A stretch of DNA of 32,875 nucleotides from Candidatus Woesearchaeota archaeon. GTDB lineage: Archaea; Nanobdellota; Nanobdellia; Woesearchaeales; DSVV01. A program made the translations under genes and the position numbers. The DNA lies in contig JACQSP010000031.1 in assembly GCA_016205905.1 (NCBI GenBank), positions 1 through 32,875 of the forward strand, given 5' to 3'. The notes under the pieces were generated by a model that worked only from the letters and a program-made list of their open reading frames with translations, was not told the origin of the DNA and searched no databases. Every line of letters begins with the position of its first letter. Position 1 is the first letter of the stretch. Shown piece by piece: positions 1 through 8,037 of the stretch.

Positions 1-65
1 GAAGCCGTTCGCCGATCGAGACGCCGAATCGTATAATATCGCTCATAGCGCTGTCCCACCGTTGG
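1..65. repeat. Partial GC-rich element at window edge, possibly a degenerate copy of the gene-3'-end repeat family
   Basis: GC-rich island in AT-rich DNA. 40-65 reads CGCTCATAGCGCTGTCCCACCGTTGG, resembling the CCGCTCACAAC...GTCCACCGTT core at 31192-31227 and 32777-32814, but without the GGAC-GAA-GTCC mini-hairpin. Confidence 0.25.
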
Positions 66-138
66 TAATATATAATATGTTGGTTATATAAATATTGTGA
101 AGTTTTGCTCAATTCTTTTGCTTAAGAAAAAAGAAAGT

Positions 139-1131
139 TTAATTGCCTTCAATTTTCTTACTTGGACAAAAATTATACTTATGCACTTGGTAAATCTGCA
201 AAGCTGAATAATCTTTAAGTATATCATTAAACTTTGTTTTAATGTTCATCATTATTTCCCTGAATTTTTCAGCTGTTTCTACTTCCATGTCTATTTCAAA
301 TTCCCATGGCCCTAATGCTTTTACAATGTAAATTATGTTGGGATTAACACGGCAATATTCTATTAATGATTTATCTCTATCTTCAGTAAGATTTTTCAGG
401 CCGATAAGGACTTTATAATGTATATATGGATAGGCTGACTCATTTGGTACAAAATTATAATGCCTGATTACACCTGATTTTTCTAATTTCTTGATTCTTT
501 CAGCAACAGCATCAGCGCTGATACCCACGATTTCACCCATATCAACAGAAGTTATCCTTGAATTGTTTGCCAGCTCCATTAAAATCTTCCAGTCTTTTGC
601 ATCCATTTTAACAGGAGCAGGAACAGCGCCGAAAAAAGATGTTCTGAAAGCACTTGGTTTTGTTTTACTGATAAGATAATCACGAACAAAATATTCGCCT
701 CTGATAATTGTTGCAATCTGCCTTTCTGAAATATATTCTCCAAACAGTTTATTTAGCTCGTTTAGGGTTTTGTCAAGATAAGCCATGTCAGTTGCCCATG
801 TTCCAAAGGCAAGGTCATACTTACCGTCACAGCTTACCACCCAAACAACATTTTGATTAGTTTTTAAGAATGTAATAAGCTCATTCTCTTTTTCTTTAGT
901 TAAATTCTGCAGCCTCAAAAAGTTTTTATGAATAGTAAACCCTAACTTAGAAATATCAATAACAGTGTAAAACGAAGAAATAATCCCTTCTTGAATTAAT
1001 CGCTTTATCCTAAAACCAACAACCTGCTTTGAAAGGCCTACTTTTTTCGCTATCTCTGAATTAGAATGCCTTGAATTAATATCTAATTCGTACAATATCT
1101 TTCTGTCTTTTGCATCTAACGTAATAACCAT
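139..1131 (-). CDS. Two-module (fused tandem) Lrp/AsnC-family transcriptional regulator
   Basis: Two successive HTH_AsnC-like plus RAM-like modules: LDAKDRKILYELDINSRHSNSEIAKKVGLSKQVVGFRIKRLIQEGII...CDGKYDL and MDAKDWKILMELANNSRITSVDMGEIVGISADAVAERIKKLEKSGVI. Start moved to the internal ATG (1131-1129), because the first 55 codons of ORF 139..1296 are low-complexity hydrophobic read-through of the AT-rich promoter region. Confidence 0.8.
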   Translation of the reverse strand: MVITLDAKDRKILYELDINSRHSNSEIAKKVGLSKQVVGFRIKRLIQEGIISSFYTVIDISKLGFTIHKNFLRLQNLTKEKENELITFLKTNQNVVWVVSCDGKYDLAFGTWATDMAYLDKTLNELNKLFGEYISERQIATIIRGEYFVRDYLISKTKPSAFRTSFFGAVPAPVKMDAKDWKILMELANNSRITSVDMGEIVGISADAVAERIKKLEKSGVIRHYNFVPNESAYPYIHYKVLIGLKNLTEDRDKSLIEYCRVNPNIIYIVKALGPWEFEIDMEVETAEKFREIMMNIKTKFNDILKDYSALQIYQVHKYNFCPSKKIEGN

Positions 1132-1339
1132 CCATTTAGTATAAAATGGCTTTTTATATATAAATTTAACGATTTTGTAAAAAATAATCGTAAAAAGCTT
1201 TATATACTTAAGAGTGAAGTAACTACACAATAGTAAAAACAGAGAAAGATAATAAACAGAAAAGTAAAGTAAAATTGAAATCTCAAGTAAAAACATCTAA
1301 AACAAATGAACAATAAAATAAACATAAGGTGAAATAATT

Positions 1340-2374
1340 ATGCACATAAAATCTAATGAGAAAAAGCTTGAAATAACAAAAAGATTGGAAGAACTTGCTG
1401 AAATGGGAATGTTAGACAATACAATTACCATTTTAAATCTGCCTGCAGCAAATTACTGCGAAAAAAGAGCTGAAATGGTTGAACAACCAGATGGAACATT
1501 GGAACAATCTTGCAAAGGATGTGTTACACAAGGCATAATTTCAAAAAATAGGTTAACATTAGAACAGATAAAAAATATTATTGATTTCTTTGCAGATAAT
1601 TATGGAACGAGGTTTATAACAATTAATGGCAGGGGAGATCCATTTGAGCCGCGACTAAAAGAAGAAACATTAGAAAAGATAAGATATGCGTATACAAAAG
1701 GAATCCAAGCATATGTTTTTACTGCGGGCAATAATCTTGATGAAGCTACATGCAAATTTCTGGCAGAGCACAGGGTTAATGTAATGATTAGCCTTTATGG
1801 CAATCAGTTTATTGACGCTGATTTCTTCTCAGGAAAAGAATATCCTTCACCAAACAAACCATTACAAAATAAAGCGGAGATTGCAGCTAATTTAAGAAGA
1901 TTAATTGATACTTATCTAAGCACGGAAGGTCAAATTAAGGATAGAGCAGATAAAACAGATATAACAACAAGAATTGGAATGAATTATGTTGTGTCTGTAA
2001 AAGATTTAAGTGATCAGACAAAAATAAGAGCATTAAAAGAAGCTGCAAATCTCAATGGGATTTACTTTGTATCAAATACCAATTTTGAGCCGCATCCAAA
2101 TGCAGATATTCAAACACAATTGGAAAAATTAACTATTGAGTATAATAATTTTCATTTAAGGCATAGCACTGTTGTGAATGGCCAATGTCAAATGGGTGCT
2201 GGCTCATCTGCAACAGTTGACTTTGATGGTGAATTGTATAGGTGTCCATACATGAGTGGAAAAGGAGATGGAAATTTCATAAAGCTGACAACAGAAGCAG
2301 TTAAAAACATAATTGAAGGATATATGCAAAACAGGCAATATGTATGTGTAATGCGAAGAACATTGAAAAAGTAG
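1340..2374 (+). CDS. Radical SAM / SPASM-twitch fold-like protein with non-canonical CX17CX2C motif
   Basis: AAGGTGA SD 7 nt upstream of ATG. ITINGRGDPF resembles the GGEPL motif, and FTAGNNL/MISLYGN resemble TNG/iSldG strands. C-terminal GQCQMGAGSSATVDFDGELYRCPY resembles a SPASM/twitch cysteine motif. The N-terminal cluster site reads ANYC-x17-CKGC (1457-1522) instead of CX3CX2C. Confidence 0.55.
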   Translation: MHIKSNEKKLEITKRLEELAEMGMLDNTITILNLPAANYCEKRAEMVEQPDGTLEQSCKGCVTQGIISKNRLTLEQIKNIIDFFADNYGTRFITINGRGDPFEPRLKEETLEKIRYAYTKGIQAYVFTAGNNLDEATCKFLAEHRVNVMISLYGNQFIDADFFSGKEYPSPNKPLQNKAEIAANLRRLIDTYLSTEGQIKDRADKTDITTRIGMNYVVSVKDLSDQTKIRALKEAANLNGIYFVSNTNFEPHPNADIQTQLEKLTIEYNNFHLRHSTVVNGQCQMGAGSSATVDFDGELYRCPYMSGKGDGNFIKLTTEAVKNIIEGYMQNRQYVCVMRRTLKK

Positions 2375-2378
2375 TAAT

Positions 2379-2409
2379 CTTTTCTTTGTTTTGAAATTTG
2401 TTTTTTTTT
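2379..2409 (+). terminator. Oligo-T tract (archaeal-type terminator candidate) after the radical-SAM-like gene
   Basis: T-rich run ending in nine consecutive T (2401-2409), starting 5 nt after the TAG stop at 2372-2374. Confidence 0.35.
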
Positions 2410-2410
2410 A

Positions 2411-2766
2411 GTTCCTGGGCGAAGCCACCCGTCTTACGAAAAATGTTTGAAAGTTAGAAAGCTTGACAGCTTGAAAGTGCTGCCTATATAGCGTACATTC
2501 GAGCTTTCAGACTTTCAAGCTTTCAAACAGTTTCATGTGACGGTGGACTGCGTCCTATAGTAAGTGACCTTAAGGTTTTATATAAATCGTGTCACTTACT
2601 ATATATAACAAACACAGTAACTTTCAGTAATAACTTGTTGTGTTTGTTATATTGAACGAACTGAACAATATTGATCAATAGTTTCAGTTCGTTAGCTATT
2701 CGCGGACTTTAACAAAATTAATCCAAAAATTAAAGTCCGCCACTACACATACGTGCTGTGAGCAAA
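2411..2766 (-). repeat. Gene-3'-end composite structured element, copy 1 (expanded by four nested hairpins)
   Basis: Read on the minus strand: TTTGCTCACAGCACG box (2766-2752), hairpins 2740-2557, GGACGCAGTCCACCGTCACATGAAACTGTTTGAAAGC (2555-2519), long rod palindrome (2444-2530), then GGCTTCGCCCAGGAAC (2426-2411). Same order of blocks as copies at 23051-23217, 31188-31360 and 32772-32875. Confidence 0.6.
2557..2740. repeat. Array of four consecutive, mutually unrelated perfect hairpins
   Basis: Four perfect stems: ATAGTAAGTGAC/GTCACTTACTAT (2557-2568/2591-2602); ATAACAAACACA/TGTGTTTGTTAT (2605-2616/2639-2650); AACGAACTGAA/TTCAGTTCGTT (2655-2665/2683-2693); GCGGACTTTAA/TTAAAGTCCGC (2702-2712/2730-2740). 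Loops are 17-22 nt. Confidence 0.65.
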
Positions 2767-2849
2767 TAACTCGCTATGGACCAGAAAAGATAATAAGAAA
2801 CAGAATTTTAGCTAAACAAATACAAAGAAAGTTAATAAAACAAATAAAT

Positions 2850-5375
2850 TCATCTATTCAAATACTGCTGCTTATAGACTTCCACAGCACCTTCTAATCC
2901 AAGCAAGATTGCCCTGTCAACTGCCATTGAAATAGTCATTGTATCTGCAAATAAAGGATTTTCTGAACGTGATGGATCTCTTGGATTGTTGACAACTGCC
3001 ATTATACCGCCAACTCTTACATCATATCCCTTAAGTTTTGCAAGATGAGCAACAGCAGACATCAGTGCAATCTCCATTTCTGAGCCATAAACAGTATCAT
3101 GCATAACCTTGCCTCTGGTAATCAGTCTTTTCTTTCTGACTCCCTCTGGCTCTATTTGAAATGCCTGATAAGCCTCACTAAATAATGTTGTTTTTGAGAA
3201 AACAGGGCCAACATGAAATTTGTCTTCGTCAAATCCAAGCCTTTCGACAGCGGTTAGTATACAATTTCTTATTTCAGAATCACACAAATAAGATTTAACT
3301 ATTTCTGCCTCTGATAATTTATAATCTAAACTGTCTGAAAAATATTTAATCAAATCTGCAGTATGTGCTGCAAATTTGTTATATGCATTATCAAGAGGAG
3401 AATTATGGAATATGCTTCTTATCCTGCTTCTTACGCTGGTTGCAGCGCCAGTACTATTTAATTCTAAAACACAGTCAACAAGATTTTCAAGTATCAGCAG
3501 AGCACCAAGCCTTAGATGGTTGGCAGCGGTATCATGCGGAGTTTCAATTAAATCACTCACACTTCCAAACGGACAGTAGGTTTCAGTTGCAACAATTAAA
3601 TCACCGCCATAAACTTTTTTATTGTGCGAACCGCATGTTCCTATTCTAATTAAGTTCAATGGCATTCCGGGATTGGCTTTCGCACTTCTTTCAATTTGAG
3701 CAAACAAATTTTTGAATGCATTTTTGGCATTTATGTAAGTATCAACTATTTCCATAGTTGTAATTTCTGTGCTTCCAAAACCCATTCCTGATGTTGCAAC
3801 TGCAATAGGGATTTTGTACTCTTTTCCGTCAATGATTCTGATAAGATAACCTTTGCCTATCGGCAGGCCTCTTCCTGTCTTTACGTGCCTGGTCATTATA
3901 TCCAGCATCCTGTACAGCCTGTTAGTTCTGTCAGGCTCTCCACTTATAAGAATAGTTGTTGGCTCATTGTTCTCAATAAATTCAGTTGTCATACCAAGAT
4001 GATGCGTTGGTTTAGAGACAATCTTTAATGGTTCAGTCTGTGCTGTAGTAAAAACTGTTGCATTAGATGTTGTTCCAGTGGAAGTTGCTGCAGAAGGAGT
4101 TATTGCATCTGAAGCAGGTTCATGTTTTTTACCAGTTATTTCAACCACGCTTGAAACACCACCTGTTTTTGCATTTATTTCTCTTATTCTTCTTTCGCAC
4201 AATTCTTCTAACGCTTTTGATGTGTTCGGACATCCTGCAAACAAGAAATCTTTTTGTTTTATCAAGTCTTGAATTATACTGTCTTCAATCTCCTTCCATG
4301 CTGAATGAATCTCACGCCATTCTTGGACTGTTGAAACATTGCCTAAAGGATAGCGCTCATTAATTGCATCTTGGAGAGCAAACCCACCTTGTGCAAGTTT
4401 TTTTAGCTGCTCCCATGATTCAGCAACCTCTTTTAAATGGCCTCTGAATGCGCTTCTTCTTTTTCCGCCGTCATAAATTACACAAGATTCAAGAACATAC
4501 TCTGGCCTCGTCAATAATTCTCGCACAAATTCAGGTGTTGTTAGCGCATCTTCATGATAAGTAAGGAAATCAGTATCTGGAATTTTTATTTTCACAGGCG
4601 ATGTTTTTTTGGCTAAACCGAATCTTCCTTCCATATATAAAACATTTGCCCTGAGATTAGCAGCAAACACATCATTAAATTCTTCTTTTCCAAATAGTTC
4701 AGCAATAATTTCCTCTGTTTTGTTGACACCGATACTAAAAAAATTAAGTGAGTTTAATGTGTAACCCCTTTGCTTCATTTCTGAAAGAAAATTAATTAAA
4801 CCATGCTGCAATGAAGTTCCTGTTGCTACAATATCCCCGAAAAACAAGTCAACACTTCTCGGTTCTTTTTCTGCTTCAAATAATTTTTTGTATCCGTCAA
4901 GCACAATGGCCCAATCATCGCTTTCAGTATTTTGTGCATTTGGAATTCGTTTTCTTTGGCTGGATAAATAATGTTCAATTGTCCTTATTCCTATCTCACC
5001 TAAACCGCTTGTTGGATCAAAATTAAGGCCGCCTCTTAGAATAAACAACACGTCAGCAAAGTTCCTGCCAGCAACCAATGTTTGTTCTATAATCTCTCTT
5101 AATCCGCTTCTTGAGATTGCAGAGCCAATGCCCTGCTGAAGCATTCCTTCAAACTCAGGAGAAACAATATCTGATTGTGTTGTAATTTGCTGTGTCTGCG
5201 ATGTGGAAACAATGTATCTTTTTATCCTCGGATCGAGAGTATCATTTTTCTCAGTTCTTGGTTTCTCTTGTTTGGTATTTTTAACATCTTCAACATCTTT
5301 TTCGTCAGAAACAAGCTCGTACAAAGATACGCCCGGTGTTCTGCTTATTACTCTTAGCACATCTCTTTTTCCCAT
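2850..5375 (-). CDS. Fusion protein: uracil-PRTase-like phosphoribosyltransferase domain plus PNP/UDP-family nucleoside phosphorylase domain
   Basis: AAGGTGGA SD upstream of ATG. The N-terminal half has UPRTase-like VLFILRGGL and a PRPP loop VDLFFGDIVATGTSL. The C-terminal half has PNP_UDP_1-like ILISGEPDR, ATSGMGFGS, LIRIGTCGS and GSEMEIALMSAV. A serine/threonine-rich linker (PSAATSTGTTSNAT) lies between them. Confidence 0.7.
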   Translation of the reverse strand: MGKRDVLRVISRTPGVSLYELVSDEKDVEDVKNTKQEKPRTEKNDTLDPRIKRYIVSTSQTQQITTQSDIVSPEFEGMLQQGIGSAISRSGLREIIEQTLVAGRNFADVLFILRGGLNFDPTSGLGEIGIRTIEHYLSSQRKRIPNAQNTESDDWAIVLDGYKKLFEAEKEPRSVDLFFGDIVATGTSLQHGLINFLSEMKQRGYTLNSLNFFSIGVNKTEEIIAELFGKEEFNDVFAANLRANVLYMEGRFGLAKKTSPVKIKIPDTDFLTYHEDALTTPEFVRELLTRPEYVLESCVIYDGGKRRSAFRGHLKEVAESWEQLKKLAQGGFALQDAINERYPLGNVSTVQEWREIHSAWKEIEDSIIQDLIKQKDFLFAGCPNTSKALEELCERRIREINAKTGGVSSVVEITGKKHEPASDAITPSAATSTGTTSNATVFTTAQTEPLKIVSKPTHHLGMTTEFIENNEPTTILISGEPDRTNRLYRMLDIMTRHVKTGRGLPIGKGYLIRIIDGKEYKIPIAVATSGMGFGSTEITTMEIVDTYINAKNAFKNLFAQIERSAKANPGMPLNLIRIGTCGSHNKKVYGGDLIVATETYCPFGSVSDLIETPHDTAANHLRLGALLILENLVDCVLELNSTGAATSVRSRIRSIFHNSPLDNAYNKFAAHTADLIKYFSDSLDYKLSEAEIVKSYLCDSEIRNCILTAVERLGFDEDKFHVGPVFSKTTLFSEAYQAFQIEPEGVRKKRLITRGKVMHDTVYGSEMEIALMSAVAHLAKLKGYDVRVGGIMAVVNNPRDPSRSENPLFADTMTISMAVDRAILLGLEGAVEVYKQQYLNR

Positions 5376-5598
5376 CTTTCCACCTTTTTTAAGTGTTATT
5401 TTTTATTAAATATTTAGTTAACATATCTGTTATTATATTAAGTAGTTAACACCGAATTGATAGAAAACTTAAAATTGATATATAAACATTATTAGTTTCT
5501 ATTATATTCAATGAGTTGTATGTAATGATTTATATATAAGAAAATCATTCTTTATTATACGACAGGAATTTATATGATTGGAATTTATATAATTAACA

Positions 5599-6054
5599 AT
5601 GAATAATATGATTAATACCCTATCTGACAAAAAGAATGTAATTGAATTATCAGGATGCGCAATCATAAAAGACAACAAGCTTTTATTACTTTACAGAACA
5701 ACACATAAGCATTATGAGTTCCCTGGCGGCAAAATCCAGCCAAATGAAACCATTGAAAGGGCTGCAATAAGAGAAGCAAAGGAAGAAATAGGATGTGATG
5801 TTGAGCTTGTTAAATATCTTGGCTTTAAGGAATTTACTGCAAATATTAGCACAGCAAATACAGGCTCTCTTAAAGGTATGCGCAATCTTAAAGGCCATGT
5901 ATTTCTCGCGAATATAACCAAAGGTGAGCCATGTGTTAATGAACCAGAATCATTTGAAAACGTAACTTGGATGCCGTTAAGTGAACATAAACAATATAAT
6001 CTTGCTGAGAATGTGAAGATGTTTATTGATGAGATTGTGAAGTTAAAGAGATAG
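5599..6054 (+). CDS. NUDIX hydrolase
   Basis: Canonical Nudix box GGKIQPNETIERAAIREAKEEIGCDV (GX5EX7REUXEEXGU). GGAATTTATAT TATA-like box about 25-30 nt upstream of the ATG suggests a leaderless transcript. Confidence 0.85.
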   Translation: MNNMINTLSDKKNVIELSGCAIIKDNKLLLLYRTTHKHYEFPGGKIQPNETIERAAIREAKEEIGCDVELVKYLGFKEFTANISTANTGSLKGMRNLKGHVFLANITKGEPCVNEPESFENVTWMPLSEHKQYNLAENVKMFIDEIVKLKR

Positions 6055-6324
6055 ATTAACCTCTTTTCTTGTATTAATAAGCCTTGATTTGTAAATATCT
6101 TTCAACAATGCTTTTGTATCCATATCAGCCCAACCACCTGCACAGCTCATCATTCTTTTTCTCCTTTCCATTTGATCTAGAGAGTTGTCTACTGCATAGG
6201 TTATTGCATTAGTTATCTTGACTTTACTAAGTCCTTTCAGTGTTTTATTTTTTTCTAACATTTTTTGCAGTTTTAATATTTCTTTGTATGTATCTTCTGA
6301 TACTTTTATTGTTTTTAGTTTCAT
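6043..6324 (-). CDS. Small ribbon-helix-helix/VapB-like antitoxin-type protein (93 aa), no cognate toxin gene adjacent
   Basis: Internal ATG at 6324-6322 is preceded by AAAGGTGGT SD. MKLKTIKVSEDTYKEILKLQK... followed by CAGGWADMDTKALLKDIYKSR resembles archaeal RHH antitoxins with a G-W-x-D tail. The upstream 81 codons of ORF 6043..6567 are low-complexity promoter read-through. Confidence 0.45.
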   Translation of the reverse strand: MKLKTIKVSEDTYKEILKLQKMLEKNKTLKGLSKVKITNAITYAVDNSLDQMERRKRMMSCAGGWADMDTKALLKDIYKSRLINTRKEVNLSL

Positions 6325-6550
6325 ATTACCACCTTTAGTGGTATAAAAGTGGTAATAGTATTTATATTTTCCCATAGTCATAGAGTAGAACTGCTTAATA
6401 TAAATATCGCCAAAATTTCCGTAAGATTTTCGAAAGTTAGTTGTAAGTATTATTGTTTTCCGAAAAGTGTATTTAAATGTCGTGAAATTATACGAAAAAT
6501 TTTTGCCAAAACTGAAAAATTTCCGTAAAAAACTTTGGTGCACCATCATC

Positions 6551-6560
6551 TTTAAATATA
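6551..6560 (+). promoter_or_regulatory. TATA-box candidate for alaS (leaderless or near-leaderless)
   Basis: TTTAAATATA centred about 28 nt upstream of the ATG at 6583; no SD between. Confidence 0.4.
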
Positions 6561-6582
6561 AAAACATACTTTGTGATTAAAC

Positions 6583-7851
6583 ATGACAGATAAAGAACTG
6601 AAAAAAGAATTCAAGGCAGTTGCAAGCAAGGCACCTGACAAATATTACGCTACCTCTGTTCTTAAACAGGAAGGTTTTGCCAGGAAACAGTGCAAATGCG
6701 GCACATTTTTCTGGACAGTTAACAATGAACAAAAAACATGCGGTGATCCAAGTTGCTCAGGCGGATTTAAATTCATTGGAGAAGGTCTTGTTAAAGAAAA
6801 GTTAGATTACATAGAAATATGGAATAAATTTTCTCAGCATTTTAAAAAATTAGGCTACACACCTATCCAAAGATATCCTGTAACAGCCAGATGGAGAAAT
6901 GATACTGATTTTGTCCAAGCTTCAATTTATGATTTCCAGCCTTATGTTGTTTCAGGCGAGGTTAAACCGCCTGCTAATCCATTAGTTGTCCCGCAATTCT
7001 GTTTAAGGTTTAATGATATTGATAATGTAGGCGTTACAGGAGCGCATTTTACAGGGTTTGTAATGATTGGCCAGCATGCATTTATGCCGCCTGATAAATT
7101 TGACCAGAAGAAATATTTCAGCGATATTCATTCTTGGCTTACTAAAGGCCTAAAACTTCCAAATAAAGAAATAACATACCATGAGGACGCATGGGCTGGC
7201 GGCGGTAATTTTGGGCCGTGTATGGAATTTTTCAGTCGTGGCTTAGAATTAGGAAACCAAGTTTATATGCAGTACGAAGTTCTGCCAAACAGCCAGAAAA
7301 AAGAGCTTAATCTAAAAGTCCTTGACATGGGTATGGGGCATGAAAGAAATGCATGGTTTGCATCAGCAACTTCGACAAGTTATGACGCTGTTTTTCCAAC
7401 TGTTTGTAAAAAACTTTACAGTGCAACTGGTGTTAAAGTAGACAATGAACTTATGAAAAAATTCCTGCCGTATGCGTCATATCTAAACGTTGATGAGGTG
7501 GAAGATATAAATAAGGCATGGCAAAACGTCGCAAAAAAAGTTGGCGTAACTCCAAAAGAGATTAAAGAGTTTGTTCTGCCTCTTTCAGGAATTTATTCTA
7601 TTGGCGACCACACAAGAAGCCTGCTTGTCGCATTAAACGACGGCGCACTCCCAAGCAATGTTGGTGGAGGATATAATTTAAGAGTAATTTTAAGACGAGC
7701 TCTTGGATTTATTGACAAGTATGGTTGGGATATTGATTTAATAAAAGTTGCAGAATGGCACGCTGAATATCTGAAAAAATTATTTCCAGAGCTAAATGAA
7801 AATCTTAACGAAGTCAGCGAGATATTAAAGGTAGAACAAATAAAATATTAA
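6583..7851 (+). CDS. alaS: Alanine--tRNA ligase, N-terminal (catalytic) segment ending at an in-frame TAA
   Basis: Archaeal-type AlaRS N-terminus (GFARKQCKCGTFFWT...CGDPSC) and class II core (FCLRFNDIDNVG, FTGFVMIGQHAF, MGMGHERNAW, PSNVGGGYNLRVILRRA). Confidence 0.9.
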   Translation: MTDKELKKEFKAVASKAPDKYYATSVLKQEGFARKQCKCGTFFWTVNNEQKTCGDPSCSGGFKFIGEGLVKEKLDYIEIWNKFSQHFKKLGYTPIQRYPVTARWRNDTDFVQASIYDFQPYVVSGEVKPPANPLVVPQFCLRFNDIDNVGVTGAHFTGFVMIGQHAFMPPDKFDQKKYFSDIHSWLTKGLKLPNKEITYHEDAWAGGGNFGPCMEFFSRGLELGNQVYMQYEVLPNSQKKELNLKVLDMGMGHERNAWFASATSTSYDAVFPTVCKKLYSATGVKVDNELMKKFLPYASYLNVDEVEDINKAWQNVAKKVGVTPKEIKEFVLPLSGIYSIGDHTRSLLVALNDGALPSNVGGGYNLRVILRRALGFIDKYGWDIDLIKVAEWHAEYLKKLFPELNENLNEVSEILKVEQIKY

Positions 7852-8037
7852 AACACTAAACAAAAATCTCATCTAATTGTTGAGAAATTAATCAAGGAAA
7901 AAAAGAAGATAACAACAGAAAACCTGCTTGAGCTTTATGATACTCAAGGCATTTCTCCTGAGCTTATAAGAGACGAAGCTTTAAAACAAAGCATTAATGT
8001 AAAAGTTCCTGATAATTTTTATGCGAAGATTGCAGAA

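Noticed and set aside
1132-1296. 55-codon N-terminal extension of the Lrp/AsnC ORF (MFLLEISILLYFSVYYLS...)
   Set aside because: It is low-complexity F/L/Y/K-rich sequence typical of translated AT-rich promoter DNA. The conserved HTH begins right after the internal ATG at 1131.
139-2374. AhbA/B (NirDL-type siroheme decarboxylase) plus AhbC/D radical SAM heme-synthesis pair
   Set aside because: The two-module protein shows ordinary Lrp features (HTH plus a GxYDL-type RAM domain). The radical-SAM-like protein lacks the canonical cluster, and no other tetrapyrrole genes are nearby. The idea is kept only as a remote alternative.
2557-2740. Possible CRISPR array, given the regularly spaced hairpins
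   Set aside because: There is no constant repeat: each hairpin stem has a different sequence, and no cas genes are in the window.
2730-2743. RNase P CR-I-like AAAGTCC motif (also at 16836-16848)
   Set aside because: The motif is just one arm of a repeated hairpin present in several copies. No surrounding RNase P architecture is present.
3365-4363. Plus-strand ORFs (3365..3649, 3376..3579, 4067..4363, 4078..4272) inside the fusion gene. Similar antisense ORFs occur inside valS (11247..11693, 12175..13275), glyS (21571..21999, 22134..22640), the ACT gene (20748..21161), rfcL (14966..15277), the DapF-like gene (18189..19060) and the giant genes (24559..28920).
   Set aside because: They are shadow ORFs opposite or overlapping strongly supported genes. 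They have low-complexity composition, no SD or TATA, and no recognisable motifs.
7849-7851. Genome-wide reassignment of TAA to a sense codon as the explanation for the alaS stop
   Set aside because: TAA clearly terminates other well-conserved genes in the window at the expected protein ends, for example glyS at 23006-23008 and the 346-aa gene at 16862-16864.
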